Part shown: positions 14,501 through 23,831 of the stretch, piece after piece
Numbering within the stretch: position 1 is the stretch's first letter
How the letters are laid out: every line of letters starts with the position of its first letter
DNA from: a virus
Taxonomy: Duplodnaviria; Caudoviricetes
IMG/VR virus record: IMGVR_UViG_3300009678_000372
Coordinates: 1 to 32,979 of that record
Length of the DNA stretch: 32,979 nucleotides
Reading direction: 5' to 3' (one strand)
Position numbers and translations under genes: made by a program
The notes under the pieces: generated by a model
Seen by the model: only the letters and a program-made list of their open reading frames with translations
The model's database searches: none
What the model was told of the DNA's origin: nothing

Positions 14501-16948
14501 AATGTAACCTAATCCTTTAGGTCTTGCAGCATCCATTCGATCCATTGCACTAGTCAGATCTGTGAGTGTTCCTAATGTCTGTGGATCAGGAGGTGTAGGT
14601 AGATTTCCTGCACTATCCCGTCCTTCTAATCTATCCAACACTCTCTCTGCTTGTGCTCTATTCTCCCAAGCAATACCTGAACCCTCTATGTCACCCACAT
14701 CTCCAAAATGTTCATACAGTTCATTCCAATAGTTAATAGCTCTAACTACGTTATCGAAATGAAGTCCTGATTCATTTGGACCCATTCCAATAACTTCATC
14801 TGGAGTAGGAATCTTTGGAGGTGGAGTTTCATCTCCTGGTATCGGTCCTATTGTTGCACGGAGTGATCGTAGTTCTTCAGGAGTTCCTTCTCTACCCATT
14901 AATCTAAGGAACCTTCTCCTGATGTATTCTCCTACCCAGTTATCCCACGGATTAGGAACTGAACCTCTTTCATTATCAAGTATTCCTCTCCTTCGTGGAG
15001 AAAAATCAAATGGTTGTTGTACAGGACCGGATTCTATTGGTGGTTCACCAGTATTAAATCTTTCGTCCTGTAATTGTGTTTCTATATCTTCTGGTAATCT
15101 TCTATACCGTTGTTGACCTAGTGGACCTGTAGGTAATTCCTGTTGACCCATATATGGAGGTACAGGTCTATCACGTCCCGGTAGTATTGTACCCGGTCCA
15201 CCTCTTACTAATTCTCCACCGCCCTCACCCGGATGGAATATACCCCTTCCTCTAGATGGAGCCTCAGTAGGTGGTAATTCCTGTACTGGTGGAAATGGCT
15301 GATTGATACGAGTCATCTGTGCAAGTTTCATTTCAGCTTGCATAGCCATTTCAATGGCGTGTTGCGCTTCGTTTACATCTCCAAGTTCATTAAATACTGC
15401 ATTACGATCACGCCAAAATTCAATATGACCAGCTAATTCTTCAGGAGTTCTTGCAAGTTGTATTTCTAGTGCATCATTACGACGCTCTGATGGCGTTGAC
15501 CTCATTCTATCTTCAGGTCTAGGAAATTGAGTTACTGAAGATGGTCTTTCCATCTCAGGAGGTACTACTGGACCTTCCTCTGGCGTAGTCCATGGATCTC
15601 CAGTACTAGCTGGTCCTAAATCAGTAGGGAAGTCTGGAGGTATAGGTCGTCTGAATGGAGCTACTCCTTGAGACTGTTCACCCGGACGCAGGGTATTACG
15701 AAGCCTACTATATTCAAACTTCAGCTTATCCAAATCATGTGGATCTAACCGTTTCAATAAATCAGGTGTGGGCAGTCCAAGTTTCTCCATCGCCCACTTA
15801 ATAAAATGGAGAGTGAATGCATCCTCTCCCGAAGTCTCAGACTTGAGTCTCTCCAACAAAGATGGATCTTTGACCGCTGGTTCATACTTGGCTACCAGAT
15901 CCTTACGTACCAAGACTGGTAAATTTTCAGTAGTACGTAATCCTCTCAGAGGTACATATCCAGCAGCAAAGTAAGACTTTAATGTTTTCTCATCCATGAA
16001 CTCCACTGTAATAGTCTCTGGCCTAGTATCTGCTACAGCTGAAGTTACAGGAGGAGCTTCTGGAATTACTGGAGCTTCTCCTCCTGCGGGCGGTGGTTTA
16101 GGTGGTATATATGGAGGCTCTGGTAAGTTACCTACTCCTGTACCATATTGCTGTAGAATTCCCTGCTTTGATGGTGTAGTAACTGGACCGGGTTCAAATC
16201 CAAACTGTCCCTGAGTTGGTCCCTCTGTAAAGTCTAGATATGGTTCTCCTGTCGGTTGTGGAACTCTATGCTCAGAGAATGTACGATCTTCTAATCCGGG
16301 TAGATATTGTGCTGAAGGTTCTCTTTCACGTATTCCGGGTATATCGAAAGTTGGCTGTTTATACCCAGTCATATCGCCTACTGGGGATGGAGCAGCTGCA
16401 CGATGACCTAATGATTTTAGACCTTTAGCACCATAATGACCCAAAGCAGCCATTAAAGCTGCACTTGTGGCCTGTCCAGCTAATCTAGGATAATCTCTGT
16501 GCTGCCATGCTTCTCCGACTGAACTTGGAAATCCAGCTACACCAAGAGCTTGTAAACCTATATCTTTAACCTGTCCAACAGCTCCTGCACGAGCCTCTGC
16601 GGGCTTATCAGAAAGCCCCATTACATCTTGGCTCATGTGTTCATACTGACTCTTATTGGGATCACCCTGAAGATCCCTCATAACCATATTCATGGGTGTA
16701 GCCCATAAATCTTGTATGGGTGAAGTTATTTGATTAAATGCTCCAAATAAGTCACCTCCACGTATCAGGTCCGAACCTTTCTTACCAAAGTCCTGTAGAT
16801 AATTAGCAAACTCTTTAGGAGCCTCCATGAAGGATTCCCAAAAAGGCTTTGGCTGATAAGGCTGTTGCTGCTGAGGCTGTTGTTGCCCCAGAGTTACCCA
16901 ATCTTGGGTATTTGGCTGACCACCGAGAGTGACCCAATCTTGCGGCAT
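11591..16948 (-). CDS. Large (1785 aa) internal virion / DNA-ejection polyvalent protein
   Basis: Last and largest gene of the virion arm. Pro-rich linkers and a helical C-terminal region (DFGKVRVG.ARLDLGGG) typical of podophage ejection proteins. Confidence 0.7.
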   Translation of the reverse strand: MPQDWVTLGGQPNTQDWVTLGQQQPQQQQPYQPKPFWESFMEAPKEFANYLQDFGKKGSDLIRGGDLFGAFNQITSPIQDLWATPMNMVMRDLQGDPNKSQYEHMSQDVMGLSDKPAEARAGAVGQVKDIGLQALGVAGFPSSVGEAWQHRDYPRLAGQATSAALMAALGHYGAKGLKSLGHRAAAPSPVGDMTGYKQPTFDIPGIREREPSAQYLPGLEDRTFSEHRVPQPTGEPYLDFTEGPTQGQFGFEPGPVTTPSKQGILQQYGTGVGNLPEPPYIPPKPPPAGGEAPVIPEAPPVTSAVADTRPETITVEFMDEKTLKSYFAAGYVPLRGLRTTENLPVLVRKDLVAKYEPAVKDPSLLERLKSETSGEDAFTLHFIKWAMEKLGLPTPDLLKRLDPHDLDKLKFEYSRLRNTLRPGEQSQGVAPFRRPIPPDFPTDLGPASTGDPWTTPEEGPVVPPEMERPSSVTQFPRPEDRMRSTPSERRNDALEIQLARTPEELAGHIEFWRDRNAVFNELGDVNEAQHAIEMAMQAEMKLAQMTRINQPFPPVQELPPTEAPSRGRGIFHPGEGGGELVRGGPGTILPGRDRPVPPYMGQQELPTGPLGQQRYRRLPEDIETQLQDERFNTGEPPIESGPVQQPFDFSPRRRGILDNERGSVPNPWDNWVGEYIRRRFLRLMGREGTPEELRSLRATIGPIPGDETPPPKIPTPDEVIGMGPNESGLHFDNVVRAINYWNELYEHFGDVGDIEGSGIAWENRAQAERVLDRLEGRDSAGNLPTPPDPQTLGTLTDLTSAMDRMDAARPKGLGYIADHLLEALQQRGPAANRRIDELQAYYKRMINEEYDVNKAKKNFEEIDARMNGMVDSTGEMVRGNSEIEYAQIGEMWDAARDRYQELLAEQTEERIAASIPAVTESSLVKSDPMAKTLIEKIQNIGDVPSFTLSKMVKEAQALVLNSMIRDLTPPEIQRFHMLADMIQGDPGLPAIYRDRFQSDRYRLPDGRIVKVDPTATKGLDVIEFGTKEGMVKATRVPVEKPPVKRWDDILKRLVEEEQGATPLEDVIEAWKKIGKGVGGVVEKLRLKDTTARAWAEKVDALDKVDAADYKYFNITNIGAGAKLRPGETWRGHVIDIIKYFESRVRNLSEPIAVHVFRENLPAVKTYRETRFILPDGTKLTHNASYHADAADRLGFGLQEVLQQGIIRFAGGGAEIHHPITRAQAQVLADSIPFNMDRQMYVDIVSPRNTEFNWKVFREGTTADDIRNEINSNYDEIVNLNAGVPLPSWKQVKQATGIGMGGAPKPPKVKGQAKKAAETNYVREALAVPTNATTMLDMSAPGRQGLSQILTPEFWKAIPPMFGSLHYDTWKMIDADLRSKPIMKRPIDPITGKESASFAERIGTKIFSPASEPGPRAEMTASRWLEMGIGDNVGAKIWQHTAGYPIRAFNRAFLTFLNHLNVNRTEKLLNLARDMSLEALTTGEARQGMMPWKTKFTPAEALELNPYKNLVFAKEIAEFVNAATGHATAKGGLSLENAVSKIGPILFSPGLLNSRIRMMNPVTYVMASPFVRKQYAKAALSTAAAWYVYTELIKNAAGPDAEVNDDITSSDFGKVRVGDARLDLGGGFLQFAVAYGRAYMGGSTSSSSGEFHRFGSGYQAQTQEDMMERFFVNKLNPVSKFAWDVANASEYNPFHVGDRTIQLFIPLFSQDVMEIYKENPDLLPMFGTAAFFGGGTQIYSKGESVSKFIEPENDWLVGGGGVKDIMPWNWTAPRGEERAFPWSEDR

Positions 16949-18543
16949 TATCTTCCCTTAATGAAATTAGGGGTAAATGGACGCCAAGTTTTTTCGCCAT
17001 CATACGAGATACGATATTGACCACTAGATGGACTGTATTGAATTACTGGCTGTATTCCAGTTACTTGTGGAGGTGGAACCTGTATCTGTCGTGATGGATC
17101 TGCTTGATCCGGTATCATTCTTACTCCAGAAGTCTTTCTCTCTACTACAGATGGAGATGGAGCCACTCCTCCTCCTCTAGACTTTTCTAGTTCAGTCTGC
17201 CATTCAGCTTCAGCTTCTCCCATAGTCTGTTGAGAGATAGGTGGAGGTCCAGTTTTTCTATTAGTAGGAGGTACATAAGTAGGATCAACCTCTTTCCTTA
17301 CCTCATCATATAGATCTATGTCTTTCTGAGTTACTTCACCACCACCAAGCATACCCGGTGGTGTAATGACTGGCCTCTTAGCCCACGAATAAGTCTTTCT
17401 ATCAGGTGATGGCTTAATGTATTTTCTAGCTATAACGTCTTTATCGTATAGCTCTTTCATTTCAGCTTGTTCTATACGATTCTTTTCTAGCTGACTTGTT
17501 CTAGCTCCAGCTCCAGTAGATGGCTTAGTTAATGGACCCTTATTCGGTCCTTCTGACGGTTCTCCATTCCTATACCATTGACCACTATTATCATGTTCCC
17601 ATACATTATTTTCTGGATCTACAAAAATTTGTCTATTCTGTCTACCCTTCATGGCTTGTACATTTTCGGCTGACTCGGCTCTAGCTTCAGCCGCTTGTAC
17701 TCTGTATTGACCTTCAGCTTCTACCTTATCTGCCTCATCCATCCATCTAGTGGCTATTCCACTATCCTTAACTTCACCAGTTGTTGTATTGTATGCTTTA
17801 ACTGTAGTCCCATTACGTGCATCAAATGTCCAGCCCTTACCTAACTGAGCCTTGAAGTTAGCTATTCTATTCCTCTCTATAGCTCGTTCATTCTTCTGAT
17901 CTGCTATTCTTTCTCTTGATGCCTGTTCATTCGCACGCGCTTGACCAGTAACGACATTACCTGCTAGTGTACGTTCATTGATGTTTGCTGTGTTTTCGAG
18001 TTGGTAAGCCTGCTGATATGGACCTGCCTTCTCCTTGAATTCAGCCATATCACGTATGTATGGTGCATACATAGCACCTTCCATAGTAGTTAAGGCTGAT
18101 GCTGGATCTTTTGCCCCTAGACCCATTCCACTAGCTACCAATTTACGTCCCCAACTAGGTTTATTACGTTCAGGCATATTATCAAGGAGAGTATTGAACC
18201 TGTCTCTTGATGTAGTCTCTGGCGTATAGATCTTGTTAATAGCAGTAATTATAGCATCCAAATCACTAGGATTTGAAGTCTGTGGAACAGGCGGTGGTGA
18301 CGGTGGAACCTGTGATGCAGTTACAGGATCAAATTTCCCCTGTCCAAAGTCCACATCAAATGGACTCTTTGGAGGATTCTGACCAAACATGTTTGCGTAT
18401 CCATCTCTAGTCGAACTCTGCTGACTAAAGGGATCATTAATTGGAGGTATATCCTGAGATGGAGACATACCCTGACTACCCAGATAGTCTATGTTCAAGC
18501 CGTAGTTATCGAATATGTTCTGTTCACGAGGTCTGATAGCCAT
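16948..18543 (-). CDS. Probable internal virion/ejection protein
   Basis: Start at a TAATG overlap (18543). Pro-rich ends, coiled-coil core, position between two ejection-type genes. Confidence 0.62.
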   Translation of the reverse strand: MAIRPREQNIFDNYGLNIDYLGSQGMSPSQDIPPINDPFSQQSSTRDGYANMFGQNPPKSPFDVDFGQGKFDPVTASQVPPSPPPVPQTSNPSDLDAIITAINKIYTPETTSRDRFNTLLDNMPERNKPSWGRKLVASGMGLGAKDPASALTTMEGAMYAPYIRDMAEFKEKAGPYQQAYQLENTANINERTLAGNVVTGQARANEQASRERIADQKNERAIERNRIANFKAQLGKGWTFDARNGTTVKAYNTTTGEVKDSGIATRWMDEADKVEAEGQYRVQAAEARAESAENVQAMKGRQNRQIFVDPENNVWEHDNSGQWYRNGEPSEGPNKGPLTKPSTGAGARTSQLEKNRIEQAEMKELYDKDVIARKYIKPSPDRKTYSWAKRPVITPPGMLGGGEVTQKDIDLYDEVRKEVDPTYVPPTNRKTGPPPISQQTMGEAEAEWQTELEKSRGGGVAPSPSVVERKTSGVRMIPDQADPSRQIQVPPPQVTGIQPVIQYSPSSGQYRISYDGEKTWRPFTPNFIKGR

Positions 18544-19730
18544 TATAATCCACCTCGCCACGGTTCATCGCCATATCCGTATTGAGGAACTCTAGGAACC
18601 TGTGGAATCGGATACTGTGTACCCGGCATTGGTCCTTGTGGTAATCCTGAAGTATATCCCGGTCCTTGAGGAATCTGATTCTGACCTTGACGTTCATCAT
18701 TTAACCACGGATAGGCTGCGGTAGATCCTTTACTAAATAGATCCATCACACCACCTATACGATTCATGGTTTGATCCCATGCTCCCGGTGATCTTCCAGC
18801 CGCAATCTCATTTTGCGTAAAGGTATTACCCATCTGTCCGCCCTGACCTACAGCAGTTAGTAACTGATTACCGAATAGTTGACTCATACCCGGTGTAGTA
18901 CCGTACAAGTTAGCCATTCCATTCAATGCTTGCATCTGTTGTGCTCTACTTGCAGCAGCAGACGATTCGGCAGATCCTATGTTAGCTGCTTGAGCACGCG
19001 CCTGCGCATCAGCATTATACTGCTGACCTTCAAAATCTAATCCTACGTTGAACTTACTCAAGTCTACATCGGCTCCAAGTCTCGAATTCTCGACTCCATA
19101 CATGCCTGACAAACCTGCTAGACGACCCCTGTTTCTAGCCTCTGCCAGTCCTGCTTCTACGTTCTGTGTAGCATCAGCCGCTGACTGTCCTTGTTCACGA
19201 GCCATCTTAACTTGAGATGCAGCCATATTAGGAGAATAGCCACCCTGTAATGCTCTGCCTCTACCCATTTCTCTTTCGGCATTTGCATATGCACTACGAA
19301 TTGGAGAGACACCACGCGCCCTCATATTCGCTATGTCATTCGGTGAATATCCACCTGTTTCAGAGAACTCAGTGTACCCCTTGTACGAGTTAAAGGGGTC
19401 ATTGTAACTCGCTTTACCCGGAGATACTGTGAAGGCTGAATATCCACCTCCTCCACCTCCCCCACCTGCACCAGCACCTCCACCAGAGGCTATATTCCGA
19501 TACTGGTTCATAATATCGGTATAGTTACCATAATCAGATTCAGATCCACGACCATAGTTATACGCGAACGCATTAGCCATCGGGCCTTGCTGGTTCTCGT
19601 ATCTCTGTTGCTGATACTGATTCATATTCTGCGCACGTCCGCGTGGATCTCCCCCAGATTGACCCGGATTAGGCCCATACTGATATGCGCTAGATCCACC
19701 ACCATAGGGGTTCTGATAAGGATTTGGCAT
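18543..19730 (-). CDS. Gly/Gln/Ala-rich probable ejection (pilot) protein
   Basis: Low-complexity G/Q/N/A helical protein directly after the tail genes. Confidence 0.62.
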   Translation of the reverse strand: MPNPYQNPYGGGSSAYQYGPNPGQSGGDPRGRAQNMNQYQQQRYENQQGPMANAFAYNYGRGSESDYGNYTDIMNQYRNIASGGGAGAGGGGGGGGYSAFTVSPGKASYNDPFNSYKGYTEFSETGGYSPNDIANMRARGVSPIRSAYANAEREMGRGRALQGGYSPNMAASQVKMAREQGQSAADATQNVEAGLAEARNRGRLAGLSGMYGVENSRLGADVDLSKFNVGLDFEGQQYNADAQARAQAANIGSAESSAAASRAQQMQALNGMANLYGTTPGMSQLFGNQLLTAVGQGGQMGNTFTQNEIAAGRSPGAWDQTMNRIGGVMDLFSKGSTAAYPWLNDERQGQNQIPQGPGYTSGLPQGPMPGTQYPIPQVPRVPQYGYGDEPWRGGL

Positions 19731-19732
19731 TT

Positions 19733-21094
19733 CTATGCTCCGTAACTCCTAGTAGTAGGACTACCCCCACCACCAGTTCCAAGTTGCATTGCACCTACAC
19801 TAAAACCACCAACTAATCCATCTATAGTACCGGGGAATCCTGCTCCTCTACATGCAGCACCACCACCAGCTATATTGTTCAAGGTGTAATCAAGAGCAGC
19901 GGTGAATGGATTAGCAGTCAAATCTACATCACCGGGTAGAGCACTAAATCCATTACGGTGTCCTAAACTATTCGCACCATAAGCGTTATTATTGCCTGAT
20001 AGAACCAATAGGGGGTTATCGACGTAGACTCCCCATCCAAGATTCCCGTAAAGAATCGTATTAACTAGGTGCGTATAGCGAGTATTGAAACCTGTACCCA
20101 TGATATTCCGTATTCCATCACTACCATTATTAGCAATGGTACAATTTACGATGGATACCCCATGAATGTTATTCTCGGTAGAATTCCAGTAGATTCCTCT
20201 ACCTGTATTGTTGGTAATAAGGGCATTTACAATAGCATGTGTTCCTATGTTTGAACCACCAGTTCCGTATATTCCACTTCCAGCGTTATGATGAACATAC
20301 AATCCTGATAGTATGTTACCTTCACCAGCTATTTCTATTCCATGACTAGTACAATTCTTCGATACGATACGAGTGAATGAACAGTTCTGGAATGTCCAAT
20401 CAGAGCCATAACTGCCCCTAATACCTACCTGACACCCATCAAATTCGAGGTTATCAAACCAACAGAATTGGGTCATAGAGGCCCAACTAGTAATTCCATG
20501 TCCTCTTGTCGCACCCGAATGTGTAAACTTCAGATTCTGGAAATTTACTGCTTGTGCAGTTCCAACATCGAATAGATGTATTCCACTAGTACTGCTTGTG
20601 ATAACTGGCTTGGTTCCTGATGATGAATAGATCCTGATGGGACCATCTGCGATACTTCCGAGGAATGAAATGTCTAGTTCAGTCGTTAGCACGTAATCAG
20701 CAGCGGCCTCGATATCTATTATCCAACCTGCTTTAGCACCTACGGTGACTGCGAATAATGTCCTACTGGATGCAGCATTTAGTGTCTGTCTCTTACCACC
20801 TATTCCCCATGTTCTGCCAGTAGCTGTACCTGCGGGCGCATCTGCTACAGTAACAGTTTTAAGTGCATTATCCTTAGCTGTAATGCTGAAAAACTGTCTA
20901 CCTGTCGTAGTATTAGCCCAAATTACATGTGATCCATCTACAGCTACACCACTCAAATCAGGTGATCCATCAAGAGTCCACACAGATCCAGCGAATGAGG
21001 CATTTGTACCAAATAGGGCAGTAGTAGGACCGGCTCCTGATGCCTGAGTATCTGATCCTGTCGAACTATTGAACTTTACAGTCGGATAGGCCAT
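19733..21094 (-). CDS. Tailspike with right-handed parallel beta-helix (pectin-lyase-like), possible depolymerase
   Basis: Repeated N(N)xxxGI units: NCTSHGIEI, HNAGSGIY, NNTGRGIY, NNGSDGIR, GNLGWGVY. Confidence 0.8.
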   Translation of the reverse strand: MAYPTVKFNSSTGSDTQASGAGPTTALFGTNASFAGSVWTLDGSPDLSGVAVDGSHVIWANTTTGRQFFSITAKDNALKTVTVADAPAGTATGRTWGIGGKRQTLNAASSRTLFAVTVGAKAGWIIDIEAAADYVLTTELDISFLGSIADGPIRIYSSSGTKPVITSSTSGIHLFDVGTAQAVNFQNLKFTHSGATRGHGITSWASMTQFCWFDNLEFDGCQVGIRGSYGSDWTFQNCSFTRIVSKNCTSHGIEIAGEGNILSGLYVHHNAGSGIYGTGGSNIGTHAIVNALITNNTGRGIYWNSTENNIHGVSIVNCTIANNGSDGIRNIMGTGFNTRYTHLVNTILYGNLGWGVYVDNPLLVLSGNNNAYGANSLGHRNGFSALPGDVDLTANPFTAALDYTLNNIAGGGAACRGAGFPGTIDGLVGGFSVGAMQLGTGGGGSPTTRSYGA

Positions 21095-21621
21095 TATGGT
21101 TGTATGAAAAGCTCACAATTAAGCCATGTTAGTGTCGCAGCAGAGTCCAGATTGAACACTAATACGTCACCGAATAACACAGCAGGGGTCCATCCCGTCA
21201 GGGTAGTATCTTCATTCTTGATTACTGCCGCTAGTGTAGGTTTAGCTGCTGCACAGATTGATGCGACGGTAGCATAACCCGCGTATGTACTCTTTAGCAC
21301 GTCTACCACGGCATTACCAGCGACATCAGCCAAAAGACGAGCGCGAACAATAGTACCTGCGATAGGAATACTAACCCGTATTTTAGAACCTGCTGTGGGC
21401 GCAACTCCACCTCCATCGAATATAGCAGTTACCTTGTATAAAGGTGCTACTATAGCCGCAGGTACATCTGCAAATGTCTCCCATGCAGATCCATCATCTG
21501 AGCATCTCTCCGTGGTCTTGGTATCTGTAGAGAAATACAGAGTACCCGGAGCTACAGCAGTAGATAAAGGTCTACTTGCAGCAGGACCACGTATGATTAC
21601 GTCCTGTAGCCTACTAGCCAT
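21094..21621 (-). CDS. Tail fibre-associated protein
   Basis: N-terminal GPAASRP...GTLYFSTDT motif shared with the collagen-like fibre; beta-rich C-terminal domain. Confidence 0.65.
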   Translation of the reverse strand: MASRLQDVIIRGPAASRPLSTAVAPGTLYFSTDTKTTERCSDDGSAWETFADVPAAIVAPLYKVTAIFDGGGVAPTAGSKIRVSIPIAGTIVRARLLADVAGNAVVDVLKSTYAGYATVASICAAAKPTLAAVIKNEDTTLTGWTPAVLFGDVLVFNLDSAATLTWLNCELFIQP

Positions 21622-21623
21622 GA

Positions 21624-21950
21624 CTAACCTACGACAGATCTTTCACCGTCGATAGTCAAGGTCAGAATGTTGGTAGTTCCTGCCAATGCTTGGAAGAATT
21701 CTGCTGCTGTCATTACGTAGTAGCAGAAGTGATCTAGCACACTATCCGCAGGAATTGGATATCCATCGAATATCCTCACCGCAGCCGCATCAGTTCCTAT
21801 GGAACATGTAAAGTCTACAGCAGATGCTGATGGATTAGACACATGAATGTGCCTAATGATGGCTAATTCACCAGCGGCTACTGTGAATTTCGTTACAGCA
21901 GCATTGGTTACTAACGCAGGACCGTGGAAACGATTTGCAATTCTAGGCAT
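21624..21950 (-). CDS. Small beta-rich virion protein
   Basis: 108-aa coupled ORF in the tail cluster (IIRHIHVSN...LTLTIDG). Confidence 0.65.
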   Translation of the reverse strand: MPRIANRFHGPALVTNAAVTKFTVAAGELAIIRHIHVSNPSASAVDFTCSIGTDAAAVRIFDGYPIPADSVLDHFCYYVMTAAEFFQALAGTTNILTLTIDGERSVVG

Positions 21951-22239
21951 CTGGCACTCCTGTTACAGTTCCGGGTAGAAGTCCATCATTCGACAGCTTC
22001 TCTAGTATCCTCTTATGCATCGACTTGGTGGTCAGATTAGCAGTATTTAGCTGTTTAATCATCGTCGTAGCTTCAGCCCCTTGATAGGAGTAATTCGATA
22101 GTTCATTGTTATTATCCCTAAGAACAATCTGAACTAATCCATCTAGAGCTACTATATCCATCATAAAGGAGATTACATGGTACTTGTTCGTAACTTTCTC
22201 TGGAACTACGACTGGATCGGATAGAACGAGTTCTTCCAC
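21943..22239 (-). CDS. Hypothetical tail-cluster protein (possible fibre chaperone)
   Basis: GTG start overlapping the stop of the fibre gene; GGAG RBS. Confidence 0.6.
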   Translation of the reverse strand: MEELVLSDPVVVPEKVTNKYHVISFMMDIVALDGLVQIVLRDNNNELSNYSYQGAEATTMIKQLNTANLTTKSMHKRILEKLSNDGLLPGTVTGVPDA

Positions 22240-23831
22240 TATGTCTCTCCGTAAAATCCATTAATGAATAACTGTGAGTTTTCTGCCCAAGTAATTGGAA
22301 CTGTTGTATTCATAGTCAACATTGGTGAACCATAAAACATTATATAGTGTTCAGTAGGTGATGCTAACCATGTCTGTCCGCCATAGAAAAATCCACCATG
22401 TAATACCATAACACGCGCTACCGATTGCGCGTTAGCAAGAGTAACACCCGCGCGTGGAACTGTGAAATATACTGGTCCTGTAACAGCAGTTGTACTACCA
22501 AATATTAATACAAGAGCGAAGAATGTTGTAAGTCCAATTCGCATCTCTTTGGCATATAGTGTTCCATTTCCAACAGTGAGATTAGTGAATGTTGGAACCC
22601 AATCTGAATAATGTCCTATTGGAACACTACGAGATTTCTCATAGAAATTCGTGCCTGCCTGAACAAATGATGCTGCAAAGACATAAGCATTACTATATAA
22701 TGAACCTACATTGGCAGCTCCGATTGCATTAATATCCCGAATTCTTGCATTGGAAGCATGTAATGTAGCATCACCAATATCAATAATGGCTCCACTATTA
22801 GGATGTGGTCCAAAAACATAACTCCCTGCTAAAGTAGGATGCTCATACAAAACTGCAGGAATTTTACCTGCTGTTCTATCCTTGAAATACATCGCCCGCT
22901 TAGTTCCATACATGGATTTTTCGGTAATGATAGACCATCGCATGGGATCAGCAGTTACATTGAAATCTATTCCCGGTCCACTTATATTTGCATCTCCTCC
23001 TATTGCTACTATTTGTCCAACTTGAACTTTATCTGTTCCGAATGTACCAAGACCTATTACAGTAATACTTGTACCAACATAATTTCCAACTAACAATGAA
23101 TTATCAGTTTTATCATATAAGAAACCAGCATTACCACCAAATCTGTTGCCATCATTGAACTGGACTGACTGGAATGGTGATGCAGGCATTCCACCACCCA
23201 TCATCATCATTATTGGTTCAATGCCATCTTCTCCATCAAATCCCGGCGGTCCCTGAAATCCTCTTAATCCCTGTATTCCTTGTGATCCTGTAGCTCCTGC
23301 TGGTCCACGCGCACCTATGATAGAGAATCCCTCATCTCCATCTATTCCATCGAAACTTAAAAATCCCGGTATAGATGATCCTCCACTTGATCCTGCCGGT
23401 CCTGTAGCTCCAGTTAATCCTCTAGGTCCAACTGGACCCATGAATCCTTCTTCTCCATCTACACCATCAAATCCAAATGGTCCTACTAATCCCTGAATAC
23501 CTTGTAATCCTTGTATTCCACGCGCACCCGTAGGACCGGGAGATCCCATAGCACCATCTTCACCATCACTACCATCTACTCCCGGTGATCCCTGACCACC
23601 TTGTGGACCTATCGCACCAGTAGGTCCAGCTGGTCCCGGTGGACCCGGTATAGCACCTGTACCCGCGTATGCTGTCCATACAGTACCATTAGATCTCTCT
23701 AATGTGAGAGTATCAGTAGAGAAGTATAATGTTCCTACCAGCACATTAGCAGCCGCAGGTCTATCCGCCGCCAATCCCTGACGATGGATATTCTCTACGT
23801 TACGATACTTCTGCGGAGGAAATAACGGCAT
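22239..23831 (-). CDS. Collagen-like tail fibre protein
   Basis: Long interrupted Gly-X-Y runs and an AT-rich C-terminal receptor-binding-like region. Start at TAATG overlap 23831. Confidence 0.85.
   Translation of the reverse strand: MPLFPPQKYRNVENIHRQGLAADRPAAANVLVGTLYFSTDTLTLERSNGTVWTAYAGTGAIPGPPGPAGPTGAIGPQGGQGSPGVDGSDGEDGAMGSPGPTGARGIQGLQGIQGLVGPFGFDGVDGEEGFMGPVGPRGLTGATGPAGSSGGSSIPGFLSFDGIDGDEGFSIIGARGPAGATGSQGIQGLRGFQGPPGFDGEDGIEPIMMMMGGGMPASPFQSVQFNDGNRFGGNAGFLYDKTDNSLLVGNYVGTSITVIGLGTFGTDKVQVGQIVAIGGDANISGPGIDFNVTADPMRWSIITEKSMYGTKRAMYFKDRTAGKIPAVLYEHPTLAGSYVFGPHPNSGAIIDIGDATLHASNARIRDINAIGAANVGSLYSNAYVFAASFVQAGTNFYEKSRSVPIGHYSDWVPTFTNLTVGNGTLYAKEMRIGLTTFFALVLIFGSTTAVTGPVYFTVPRAGVTLANAQSVARVMVLHGGFFYGGQTWLASPTEHYIMFYGSPMLTMNTTVPITWAENSQLFINGFYGET

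Noticed and set aside
11996-16428. Several 60-100 aa + strand ORFs inside the 1785-aa gene
   Set aside because: They are antisense to a long coherent ORF, with no RBS or recognisable motifs.
22239-23160. Diversity-generating retroelement target in the fibre tip
   Set aside because: No reverse transcriptase and no template/variable repeat pair is visible in the window.
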